Source of the DNA: an uncultured Planctomycetota bacterium
GTDB lineage: Bacteria; Planctomycetota; Phycisphaerae; Tepidisphaerales; Tepidisphaeraceae
Length of the DNA stretch: 64,000 nt
Reading direction: 5' to 3'
NCBI GenBank assembly: GCA_963841915.1
Contig: CAWJEN010000005.1
Coordinates: forward strand, 448,001 to 512,000
Shown here: one piece after another, positions 9,904-19,763 of the stretch
How the letters are laid out: every line of letters begins with the position of its first letter
How positions within the stretch are numbered: position 1 is the first letter of the stretch
Program-made: the position numbers and the translations under genes
The notes under the pieces: model-generated
The model's database searches: none
Told to the model about the DNA's origin: nothing
The model's input: the letters and a program-made list of their open reading frames with translations, nothing else

Positions 9904-10769
9904 TCAGGCGCACGACGCTCAAGCGGTGGCTCATTCGCCGGGCCATGACACTCGGCATTCTGCTGGGCGTCTACCTTGTGCTCATGTTCCCGCTCGGGTG
10001 CGGGCGCGTGCTCGCCGACAAGTTACTGCTGCATCCATCAACGCATCCGCAGGCGGCGTACGGGGCGACGGAGCAGTTCGTCGACACACCCGTCGGTCGC
10101 GTGCAAATCTGGCGGAGTGTCTCGACCAGCGCGATTGGCAGGCCGCCCGAGCGGTTCGTCCTTCGCATCAACGGCAACGCCGCCCGGGCCGAGTGGGAAG
10201 CGACGCCGACGGCCGCCCGCTGGGGAAATGTGCCGACAGAAGTCTGGTCCATGAACTACCCAGGCTTCGGCGGCAGTAAGGGGTCGGCCTCGCTCGACAA
10301 GCTCGTACCCGCCGCTTCTGCTGTCTGGAATGCTATCGGTGAGACAGCCGGAGATCGCCCCGTCTTTCTTGATGGCGACTCGATGGGCACGACGGTCGCT
10401 TTGTCCCTCGCCGCAAACCGCCGGGCGGATCGACCACCGGCCGGTCTCGTCCTCAAGAATCCTCCGCCGCTCCGACAGCTCATCATCGAGCGCTTCGGCT
10501 GGTGGAACCTATGGCTGGCGGCTTGGCCGGTCGCGAGTGCAGTGCCGGACGAACTGGATTCCATCGACAACGCCGGCCGCTCGCACGCGCCGGCCATCTT
10601 CCTCCGCGCAACCGGCGACACGCTCATTCCGCCGGCGTTACAAAAGCGAATCAGCGACGCATATGCTGGCCGCGTGACGATCGTGGAGCTTCAAGGAGCA
10701 AACCACGACACGCCCTTGTCATCCGAAGATCAGGCCGCGATTGCAGAGGCGATCGAGCAGTTTCGGTAG
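9900..10769 (+). CDS. Alpha/beta hydrolase (ABHD13-like)
   Basis: GNA oxyanion motif, NYPGFGGS, GDSMG nucleophile elbow, Asp in DTLIP, His in ANHD. Confidence 0.85.
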   Translation: MIRRTTLKRWLIRRAMTLGILLGVYLVLMFPLGCGRVLADKLLLHPSTHPQAAYGATEQFVDTPVGRVQIWRSVSTSAIGRPPERFVLRINGNAARAEWEATPTAARWGNVPTEVWSMNYPGFGGSKGSASLDKLVPAASAVWNAIGETAGDRPVFLDGDSMGTTVALSLAANRRADRPPAGLVLKNPPPLRQLIIERFGWWNLWLAAWPVASAVPDELDSIDNAGRSHAPAIFLRATGDTLIPPALQKRISDAYAGRVTIVELQGANHDTPLSSEDQAAIAEAIEQFR

Positions 10770-10822
10770 CGTCAGCGTGTAGCCCGAGCTGTCGTCCCAC
10801 GGACCCGGGCAATATTCAATGG

Positions 10823-11773
10823 CTAAAGCTTGCTTGCGTAACTCCGAACAGTCGCTTCGAAAGGGGCAAGTTCCACGTTGAAGGTCGCCTGTGCCGCGGC
10901 ATTGTCGGCAATATTGTCTTCGCGGGCCATCTGCACCTGAGCCTTGTTGAACGGCAGTAGCGATGCCGGCACCACGCTGGCGACCAGCGATGCGTACCAT
11001 GACGGCACCCCGATCGCCCGCTTCGGCTTGCCGCGGACCGCGGTCGAAATGATCTGGTGCATCTTTGGCCAGTCCATCACGTCAGGTCCTGCCACCTCGT
11101 ACACCTGTTCGATTGCGGCATCGGTTGTCAGCGCTTCGGCGAAATAACGGGCGACGTCACCGACGAAGATCGGTTGGACCTTGCCGCTGCCACCGGTGCC
11201 TAGCAGGCCGAACCCGAAGTACGGCATGAAGACGAATGGCAGCGCCTTGCCACGTGCCCAGGCGGCGGCCTGCTTCATGAACTCGCCCCGTGGTCCGTGG
11301 ATGAGCGAAGGCCGGAATATCGTGTAGGCGAGGCCACTGTCCCGCACAAGCTGTTCCGCCTGCCACTTCGTCTTGTGGTAGTCGCTGACGGCGTCAGGAC
11401 GCGTGCCAAGGGCCGACATGTGAAGGTAACGCTTCACACCCGCCGCCTTGGCCGCGTCGATTACGCGGCCGGTTGCCTCGATGTGCATCCGCTCGAATGT
11501 GATGTTTTTCGACGGCTTCTCCTCGATAATGCCGACAAGATGCATCGCACCGTCGCAGCCCTCCATTGCGGCCGCGACCGAGTCCTTGTCGAAAAGCCCG
11601 CCTTTGAAGCTTGTCACGAGGTCACTGTCGACCGTCAGCGGCGACTGGTTGACAAGAGCCGCCACTTCGATACCTCGGTTGACCAGCTCCTCAACGATGT
11701 TGGTGCCGACGAATCCGCTACCGCCGGTCACGAAGATGCGGCGTGGCCGGTTCGAAGCGTCAGGTGTGGGCAT
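10823..11773 (-). CDS. NAD(P)-binding atypical SDR, NDUFA9-like
   Basis: VTGGSGFVG, HLVGII, HMSALG, YHKTK, TIFRPS, QPIFVGDVA. Confidence 0.85.
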   Translation of the reverse strand: MPTPDASNRPRRIFVTGGSGFVGTNIVEELVNRGIEVAALVNQSPLTVDSDLVTSFKGGLFDKDSVAAAMEGCDGAMHLVGIIEEKPSKNITFERMHIEATGRVIDAAKAAGVKRYLHMSALGTRPDAVSDYHKTKWQAEQLVRDSGLAYTIFRPSLIHGPRGEFMKQAAAWARGKALPFVFMPYFGFGLLGTGGSGKVQPIFVGDVARYFAEALTTDAAIEQVYEVAGPDVMDWPKMHQIISTAVRGKPKRAIGVPSWYASLVASVVPASLLPFNKAQVQMAREDNIADNAAAQATFNVELAPFEATVRSYASKL

Positions 11774-11929
11774 TTCCCACGCTACGAGCCGGCAAGCCTG
11801 ATCAATACCGGTTCTACCCGATGCTTCACCAAAATTGGTCGACGGCGAGGCCGACAGCCTCTGTTGGCTAGGCGTCGGCCAGCACAACTGGTCAGCACAT
11901 TGGTCGCGGCTCTTGAAGATCCGCGACCA

Positions 11930-12265
11930 AGGCATTGCAGCGATGGCAGAAGGCCGCTCTGGTGCTGCTGGCGCTGACTCACCAAGTGGCAACGATCAGC
12001 TGGCACATCGGTCGCGACATGCTCTCGGCGTCGCTTGTGACGCTTGCTGGGGATCACTCGTCATGGCAGCAACTGCGCTGCCTTATGTGCCGATGGCTGG
12101 AAAACTCGCCAAGCTCGCCCCCTGACGTTTGGCATCTACTTCTCCCACATCGCCCTCCTACGCGTCAATGAGCAGATTCTGATTTGCATCGACTTGCCGG
12201 CAAGGCTGCTGACGGATCTGTCGAGCTTCATCTTCGCATTAATCGGGGGTTTTGGCCTCACGTGA
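11930..12265 (+). pseudogene. Possible remnant of an acyltransferase-3 (OafA-like) membrane gene
   Basis: Hydrophobic segments spread over several frames, including ..KLAKLAP/LTFGIYFSHIALL.., which resembles the family's FGIYLxH motif. Confidence 0.35.
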
Positions 12266-12295
12266 ATCGTCGCTAGTTGAGCCTGCGCACGAAGC

Positions 12296-12321
12296 AGCCC
12301 GCGGACACTGGTCCGCGGGCT
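12296..12321 (-). terminator. Hairpin downstream of gap
   Basis: AGCCCGCGGAC-actg-GTCCGCGGGCT, 18 bp after the gap stop. Confidence 0.65.
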
Positions 12322-12339
12322 CCTTGCTCTTCACAGAAA

Positions 12340-13383
<1,044 letters not shown>

Positions 13384-13558
13384 TTAGGGTGAAGCTGAGT
13401 GCTTGAAGGCCAACCCGCACCTGCGGGACCGGGCAAGCTAATGAGCATAAAGCCTACAGGTCAACGTCCTGTTCGCTTTGGCCACCGATCGGCGGCCGAA
13501 ACTGCGTCACGCCCGACACTTGTGCTCTGCCTCGCTACCGTGACGCTGTCCCCTGTTC

Positions 13559-14068
13559 ATGAGCGTCGCCGTGCCATCTCGAGCTCCATCTGTGCTTGGT
13601 GAGTCGCGTCACGACGTGCCGACGGTGCTCGTGCTGGGGCACGTCAAGGTGCCGGAAGCGCTTGACGCCGCCAACGCGGTGCAGGCAACGAAGGCGTTAG
13701 ATGTCCTCGAGACGCTGTACCACGCCTCCGGTGAAGTGCGGCCAACATTGATCGTGTCGCTATTGGACCTGCCGCAGAAGTACGAGGCAATTGTCAGGGC
13801 CGCCAAGCGGGTTCGGCCTGATGTAGACGTCCTTCTGGCCTCCTGTGAGGGTCGGCCGGCATTGTTTGGTCAGTTGGTGCTGCACGGCGCCAACGGCATG
13901 ATCGGGCCGGCCGGTGAAATCCATCGTTTTGACGGGCCTTCCCGCCCTGCCACGCCATCTCCGCCCGTAGCCGACACATCAGCAATCGACCCGGATACGT
14001 TCGGGACCGGCCTGCTCTCACCCGAGGAGCTGGCGGCACTGCTGGCCGATGATGACGACACGGCTTAG
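13559..14068 (+). CDS. Hypothetical protein, possible degenerate receiver-like fold
   Basis: Alternating beta/alpha pattern, Pro-rich linker and C-terminal LLSPEELAALL; immediately upstream of the GGDEF gene. Confidence 0.55.
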   Translation: MSVAVPSRAPSVLGESRHDVPTVLVLGHVKVPEALDAANAVQATKALDVLETLYHASGEVRPTLIVSLLDLPQKYEAIVRAAKRVRPDVDVLLASCEGRPALFGQLVLHGANGMIGPAGEIHRFDGPSRPATPSPPVADTSAIDPDTFGTGLLSPEELAALLADDDDTA

Positions 14069-14220
14069 CACGAGTCGAACTGCGTCCTGGCAACTTGCGC
14101 GGCCGTTGAGCGTCTTACGCATTGAAACAGGTCACGACTCGGCGACTTTGCCTTGCCCCGTCCCGCCGTGTGGTACACACTGCTGACTGTCGAACTCACC
14201 TGCTCGGCACCACTTGCTTC

Positions 14221-15546
14221 ATGTCCGTCGCTCCCACCAGCTTTGCCCGACCCAGCGGATCGGCCACCATGCGGCTGGCACCGACCAGCCGACCCGGCGG
14301 GCCGCGCGTGCTCATCGCAGGTACGGACGCGTCAATCCTGGCGGACACGCTCCGGTCGGCAGAGCCCGATGCCGACGTGGAGACCGTCGAGACAACGCTC
14401 GACGCGCTGGCTGAGATGACGCTTGCGGTGGGCGGTGACGTTGAGCCTTTCGACGCGGTCGTCGCCGCTGCCGAGGAGCCGGACGAAGTCGCCGCCATGC
14501 GTCGCCAGCTCGACGCTCTCGAAAAGCCGGGCCGACTCGTGTTGGTCGGCGAGGCCACTGCGACACACGCCCTACTCCGTCACGGCGGCGATGCTCAATT
14601 AACACCGCAGGCAAGCGTCACCGCCGTCCGCCGGGCCGTCCTGGCCAGCCCGACTCCGGTGCCGACGGTCGCCTTGCCGGTACTGACCACCGACGCCCTG
14701 CTCGATGCGCTCTCGGGTCGGCCGGGCAAGATGGTCGAGACGATCGTCAAACGTCTTGCCGCCGAGTCGAAGTTGGCGCTTTCGTTGGTGACTGGCAACG
14801 GTGCTATCGCTGATACCGCACTTTCCGCCGCAGTCGACGACCGCCGCACGCTCGTCTGGCAGTCACCACCGATCGATGAGGCAGAGCGTGACGTAGCGCA
14901 GCATGATCTGCAAGAGCTGGCAACGGACCTGTCGCGACTCGCCAAGGCGGATGCACAAAACGCGCAGTTACAGCAACTTGCACTGCACGATGAGCTGACG
15001 GGCTGTGCCAATACCCGCTACTTCCGCCAGTTCCTGGGCCGCATTCTCGACAAGGCCAAGATCGAGCGATTCCCGGTCACGTTGCTGATGTTCGACATCG
15101 ACAACTTCAAGCAGTACAACGACCGACACGGCCACAGCGTCGGTGATGCGATTCTGAAGCAGACCGGCAAGCTCATCCGCAAGTGCATCCGCGACCACGA
15201 CTTTGTCGCCCGCATCGGCGGTGACGAATTTGCAGTCGTCTTTTGGGAAAAACGGGACGAGGCAGTTACGGACGAAGACGAGAAGCGTCGCCGTGCCAGC
15301 GGCCGCGTACCCAAAGGTCCGCTGCAGATCGCCGCTCGCTTCCGCCGCCTCATGAGTGCGGGCGAGTTTCGAGCGCTTGGCGAGACGGGCGTCGGTCGCC
15401 TGACCATCAGCGGAGGCATGGCCGTCTACCCTTATGATGCACCAAGTGCCGAAGCACTCATCGTCGCGGCCGACCGGGCCCTGATGTTTGGCGCAAAGGC
15501 CGGTGGCAAGAATGCGATCGCCCTCGTCGGTGGCGACGAAAGCTGA
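14221..15546 (+). CDS. Diguanylate cyclase (GGDEF domain)
   Basis: DELTG, DIDNFKQYND, RxxD I-site (RDHD), intact ARIGGDEF, AD.AL..AK..GKN. Confidence 0.92.
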   Translation: MSVAPTSFARPSGSATMRLAPTSRPGGPRVLIAGTDASILADTLRSAEPDADVETVETTLDALAEMTLAVGGDVEPFDAVVAAAEEPDEVAAMRRQLDALEKPGRLVLVGEATATHALLRHGGDAQLTPQASVTAVRRAVLASPTPVPTVALPVLTTDALLDALSGRPGKMVETIVKRLAAESKLALSLVTGNGAIADTALSAAVDDRRTLVWQSPPIDEAERDVAQHDLQELATDLSRLAKADAQNAQLQQLALHDELTGCANTRYFRQFLGRILDKAKIERFPVTLLMFDIDNFKQYNDRHGHSVGDAILKQTGKLIRKCIRDHDFVARIGGDEFAVVFWEKRDEAVTDEDEKRRRASGRVPKGPLQIAARFRRLMSAGEFRALGETGVGRLTISGGMAVYPYDAPSAEALIVAADRALMFGAKAGGKNAIALVGGDES

Positions 15547-15553
15547 ACCCACA

Positions 15554-15970
15554 TCACGCCGCCGCCGCGTACTCGCCCTGCTCCAGACCGGCCCCATGGT
15601 CATCGAGGTACGACTCGACGGCCGTCAGGATCATTTCCTGCTGGCTTTTGGCCCCGTCGCCACTGAGCTGTGCACGAATGGCCAGCAGCTTGAGCCGTGC
15701 CCACATCGTGACAGGCATGCGGAGCGTGAACTGCTTGACGCCCTCGCCTCGGTTGACATCGGTCATACCGACGTCCATGCCGCGTGAGGCCTTGGCGGCC
15801 GGCTTCGGCCGCTTGGCCTGCGGCTTCTCGACCTTCGATCTACGTTCCGGCTCGGGCGTGGCAAGCTTGTTTGCCGGCGTCGGCTGCGACGTCAGCCGCT
15901 CAGCCACGTCTTCGGGTACGTCCGTCGTCCGCAGCAAAGCGGCCATCGCGTTGTTTGTCTTGATGCTCAT
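15554..15970 (-). CDS. ParG-like partner with C-terminal ribbon-helix-helix
   Basis: Disordered Pro/Lys-rich N-terminus, then KQFTLRMP..MWARLKLLA..SQQEMILTAVESYL; directly downstream of parA. Confidence 0.65.
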   Translation of the reverse strand: MSIKTNNAMAALLRTTDVPEDVAERLTSQPTPANKLATPEPERRSKVEKPQAKRPKPAAKASRGMDVGMTDVNRGEGVKQFTLRMPVTMWARLKLLAIRAQLSGDGAKSQQEMILTAVESYLDDHGAGLEQGEYAAAA

Positions 15971-15995
15971 AATTTGATCTCGTGTTGGAGGTGCG

Positions 15996-16688
15996 TCACG
16001 CCGCCTTGGCCAATGGCCGCTTCTTCGGCTTCGCGAATGGGTCGGGCTTGTTCGTCTTAACGATGCCGAGCGACGACGCCAATTCGCCGCACAGGGCCTT
16101 CATCTCTTCTGCCGCCTTGCCTTCGGGATCGATCCGCCACACGACGCTGCCTTCGGCACCAGCGTTCTCGTATGCGGTCCGCAGCCCGATGTGCGTGCGG
16201 GCGACCGGCGCGCCATAACCCGGCAGCGTCGCAATCGCCAGCTTCGTGTGGTTCGAGCCGGGTCGCAGCATGTTGACGATGAGCGTGCTGTCGCACTTGA
16301 TGCCCGTATCCCGCTCCAATCGCTCCAGCGTGCGGAGCGTCTGCACCGTCGCCCGCATGTCGCCAAAGCTCGGCCGCAGCGGAATCAGCGCCCGCTCACA
16401 CCGCTTCAGCAAGGTCAGCGAACCCTCGCCAAGTCCCGGAGGTGCGTCGGCGAGCACGGTGTACGACGGGTCGATGCGGTCTAGCACCTCGTTGAGTTCA
16501 CCGGCGACGGCACTGTGCAGGCACGGCATGTCGGGCTCGACCTTGCCGAGCCATTCGGCCGTCAGCCCCTGATTGTCTGCGTCGAGGACAACGGTCGGCA
16601 CGCCCTGCTCGTGCAGCCACACAGCCAGGTGAACCGTCAACAGCGTCTTACCAACGCCGCCCTTTTGGTTGGTGATCGTCACGAGCAT
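15996..16688 (-). CDS. parA: ParA-family ATPase (short, type Ib-like, no N-terminal HTH)
   Basis: Deviant Walker A NQKGGVGKT; LDADNQG; ADAPPG; LIPLRPS; 230 aa. Confidence 0.9.
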   Translation of the reverse strand: MLVTITNQKGGVGKTLLTVHLAVWLHEQGVPTVVLDADNQGLTAEWLGKVEPDMPCLHSAVAGELNEVLDRIDPSYTVLADAPPGLGEGSLTLLKRCERALIPLRPSFGDMRATVQTLRTLERLERDTGIKCDSTLIVNMLRPGSNHTKLAIATLPGYGAPVARTHIGLRTAYENAGAEGSVVWRIDPEGKAAEEMKALCGELASSLGIVKTNKPDPFAKPKKRPLAKAA

Positions 16689-16770
16689 GCCCGTGCTATC
16701 GACCGATCTGCAGGTTTTTCGCCAGTGCGTCCATCAGTCGACTGATAAACCCGTGGGCCAGTGACCGCTG

Positions 16771-16829
16771 GACACCAAGGTGTCACGGCCGCTTGGTGGC
16801 TTTCATGGTGTCTTGACACCACGGTGTCA
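16771..16829. repeat. Five GACACC/GGTGTC hexamers in palindromic arrangement (candidate centromere/operator)
   Basis: GACACC-aa-GGTGTC (16771-16784) and GGTGTC-tt-GACACC-ac-GGTGTC (16807-16828), upstream of parA. Confidence 0.6.
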
Positions 16830-16921
16830 GGCGGGATGTACCTGCATTAGCCGGCCTGCATGCGTCCGTCAGTCGCTGTCGTGCAGGGGGCAACGGAAGG
16901 TTAGGTACTCCGTCTTCTCCA

Positions 16922-17902
16922 TCAATGACTGGAAACGCCAAGCTTTCCGCTCGCGTGGTACTTTTGAATGCCTTCATCGAGCCCGATGATCGACTCGTAG
17001 CCGATCATCCGCGTCGCCAGTGTGTTGTCCGTTTCTGTGTGATCTTGCGTGAACGCATACGGATTCGGGAAGTAGTCCGGCTCGAGCGACGTGCCCAGCA
17101 CCTTGTTCAAGCTCGCGATGACGTCGTTAAAGGACCACGATCTACCGGCTCCTGCGTTGGCGGCGACGGCTTTACCCGCTGCAACCTTGCCGTGCCGCGT
17201 CGCCTGCTCGGCCAGTAGGTTGGCCTCGACGACATCGTCCACGTAGACGAAGTCTCGTCGCTGGTCACCGTGCTCGAAGACGCGTGGCTGCTTACCGGCC
17301 CGCATTTGCTTGGCAAGCTGGTGGATCATGCTCGCCAGCTTGCCCTTGTGGTCCTCACCCGGGCCGTACACGTTGCTGTAGCGGAGCCCGATGGGGGCGT
17401 ACGACAGCTTCGGTGCGAGCCGCCGGGCGAGTGACTCCTTCATCACTTTGCTGAAGGCATAGACGTTGAGCGGGTCGGGCGGGGCAGTCTCCTTCATCGG
17501 CACCGGACCACGGCCATAGACGCTGCAACTGCTGGCCCACACCAGCGAGGCACCCCATTGCACGCACAGGTCACAGATCGAGCGGAACTGCTCAAGGTTG
17601 CTCTGCAGAATCCGCCGCTCTGCAGCAGCTGACGTGTCAGCCGCTCCGTCCGAGTCGATGACACCCGTTACAGCAGCCTGATGAAACACCGCCTCGAAGG
17701 GTCCGAGCTGACGGATCGGATCAAGGTTGAGTGGCGAGTCGAGCGTCACCACATCGCCGCCAAGCTGGGCGAACTCGATGAGGTTCGTCCAGTGACCCTC
17801 TGCAAAAGTGTCGGCGACCACGACATCCCGCCCGTCGGCAGCCAGGCGACGGGCAAGGTTCGAGCCGATGAAGCCGGCCCCTCCGGTGACAAGCGTGCGC
17901 AT
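16922..17902 (-). CDS. hldD: ADP-L-glycero-D-manno-heptose 6-epimerase-like extended SDR
   Basis: VTGGAGFIGSN, FHQAA, PLNVYAFSK, LRYSNVYGPGEDHKGKLAS, RDFVYVDDV. Confidence 0.8.
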   Translation of the reverse strand: MRTLVTGGAGFIGSNLARRLAADGRDVVVADTFAEGHWTNLIEFAQLGGDVVTLDSPLNLDPIRQLGPFEAVFHQAAVTGVIDSDGAADTSAAAERRILQSNLEQFRSICDLCVQWGASLVWASSCSVYGRGPVPMKETAPPDPLNVYAFSKVMKESLARRLAPKLSYAPIGLRYSNVYGPGEDHKGKLASMIHQLAKQMRAGKQPRVFEHGDQRRDFVYVDDVVEANLLAEQATRHGKVAAGKAVAANAGAGRSWSFNDVIASLNKVLGTSLEPDYFPNPYAFTQDHTETDNTLATRMIGYESIIGLDEGIQKYHASGKLGVSSH

Positions 17903-18039
17903 GTGAACAAGGTAGGGGTTCTCCCGGCGATCGCCTATCAGACGTTGATCGAGTGTCGTAAGACGATGTTGATCAATACCTCCGGCGAGCATCAACCATG
18001 CCATCTACGGTGCGTCACGGTGACAGAGTGTCAGAAAAA

Positions 18040-18170
18040 CCCGTGGGGCTCTTCACCCACAGGCCGGGCGATTCAATCCCCGGTGTCATTCCTAAGACGT
18101 TATTAGAATGTATTTTAAGAGCTTGCAGAGTGAATCGCGTGGATAAACCCCTGAATAAATTGTGGACTGG
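18040..18170. promoter_or_regulatory. AT-rich segment with DnaA-box-like sites (candidate oriC)
   Basis: CGTGGATAA (reverse complement TTATCCACG, 8/9 to TTATCCACA), TCACCCACA (7/9), weaker CCTGAATAA and TTGTGGAC, next to TAAGACGTTATTAGAATGTATTTTAAGA. Confidence 0.45.
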
Positions 18171-18292
18171 CCTCCGCATTGCTAGTAGGCTTGGCGACGG
18201 CCGCTGCATGGTCCTGTCAACGCGAGTCGCCCGTGCCAGGGCGACTCGCTTCAGTATGCGGAACAAGAGTTTCTGCTCCTCGATGTAGCTAT

Positions 18293-18916
18293 ATGTCACC
18301 GCAACTGTCGCCACCCGCGCATGCGGCCGATGATGGTGACGTGCCCGACGTCACTGTTCGACCTGTTCCGTACGAGCCAACGCGTTTAAGCGACGTCCTC
18401 CTCATTCGTCCGCCGCGGTTCGGCGACGAGCGGGGCTATTTCGCCGAAACCTACCACGCTGGAAAGTGGCGGGCAGCGGGCGTTGCTGCCGATTTTGTTC
18501 AGGACAACCAGTCGCTCAGCGGACCCGTCGGGACCGTTCGAGGCTTGCACTATCAGATTGAGCCGTCCCCGCAGGCCAAACTCGTTCGGGTGCTGCAGGG
18601 ACGCATTCTCGATGTTGCAGTCGACATCCGCCGAAGCAGCCAGACATTTGGTCAGCACGTGACTGCCGAGCTGACTGCCGACGGTGGCGAACAGATGTAC
18701 GTTCCGGCCGGTTTTGCGCACGGCTTTTCCACGCTCGAGCCAGATACCGTCGTCAGTTACAAGGTCAGCGGCCTTTACGACCCGTCGGCTGAATGTGGCA
18801 TCGCCTGGAACGACCCGGCCTTGGCGATCGATTGGAAACTGCAAGGCGAGCCGACTCTGAGCGACAAGGACAAGATTCATCCGCCTCTGGCCGAGCAGGG
18901 CAACCTGTACGATTGA
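18293..18916 (+). CDS. rmlC: dTDP-4-dehydrorhamnose 3,5-epimerase
   Basis: FGDERGYF, FVQDNQS, RGLHYQ, DVAVDIR, PAGFAHGF, LSDKD. Confidence 0.95.
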   Translation: MSPQLSPPAHAADDGDVPDVTVRPVPYEPTRLSDVLLIRPPRFGDERGYFAETYHAGKWRAAGVAADFVQDNQSLSGPVGTVRGLHYQIEPSPQAKLVRVLQGRILDVAVDIRRSSQTFGQHVTAELTADGGEQMYVPAGFAHGFSTLEPDTVVSYKVSGLYDPSAECGIAWNDPALAIDWKLQGEPTLSDKDKIHPPLAEQGNLYD

Positions 18917-18989
18917 GTCAAAGCGAGAGCATCATCAGAAAATGATGCCGTTGCGTTGCCTCATGCGTCGTCGTGCCGATACTCGGGGC

Positions 18990-19736
18990 ATGAAAGGTGT
19001 GATACTTGCCGGCGGCACCGGTAGTCGCTTGTTCCCGCTGACCAAGGTCACCAACAAGCACCTGCTGCCCGTCTATGACAAGCCGATGATCTACTACCCG
19101 CTCGAATGCATGGCCAAAGCCGGCATTGAGGAGGTCATGCTCGTCTGCGGCGGCAACAACGCCGGCGACTACGTCAAGCTGCTCGGCAACGGTCACGAGT
19201 TCGGGCTCAAGCACCTCACCTACACCTACCAGCCCGATGCCACCGGCATCGCGGCCGCCTTGGCTTTGTGCGAGCGGTACGTCGACGGCGAGCCGATCAT
19301 GCTCATCCTCGGCGACAACGTCCTCGAGTACAGCATCAAGCAGCAGGCCGACAACTTCCGCGACCAGATCAACGGCAACGACGGCCGCGGAGCCAAGATC
19401 CTGCTGGCCGACGTTGAAAACCCCAAGGCATACGGGGTGGCCGAAATGAGTGGCGACAAGGTCGTCGGCATCGTCGAGAAGCCCGAGAACCCCAAGAGCA
19501 ACAAGGCCGTCATCGGCGTTTACTTCTACGACGGTCACGTCTTCGACATCGTCAAAACGCTCAAGCCGTCAGGCCGCGGGGAGCTGGAGATCACGGACGT
19601 CAACAACGCCTACATCGACGCCGGCACGATGACCGCCGATGCCGTGCACGGCTGGTGGGGCGACTGCGGCGAGAACCTGAGCTTCTACCACGAAGCTGGT
19701 AAAAAGATCGCTGAAATCGGGGCGAACAAAGATTAG
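18990..19736 (+). CDS. rmlA: Glucose-1-phosphate thymidylyltransferase (short, SpsI-like)
   Basis: GVILAGGTGSRLFPLT, NKHLLPVYDKPMI, LGDN, VEKP, PSGRGELEITD. Confidence 0.88.
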   Translation: MKGVILAGGTGSRLFPLTKVTNKHLLPVYDKPMIYYPLECMAKAGIEEVMLVCGGNNAGDYVKLLGNGHEFGLKHLTYTYQPDATGIAAALALCERYVDGEPIMLILGDNVLEYSIKQQADNFRDQINGNDGRGAKILLADVENPKAYGVAEMSGDKVVGIVEKPENPKSNKAVIGVYFYDGHVFDIVKTLKPSGRGELEITDVNNAYIDAGTMTADAVHGWWGDCGENLSFYHEAGKKIAEIGANKD

Positions 19737-19763
19737 AACCGGTCTCAGCCGCCCCAGTTGTCC

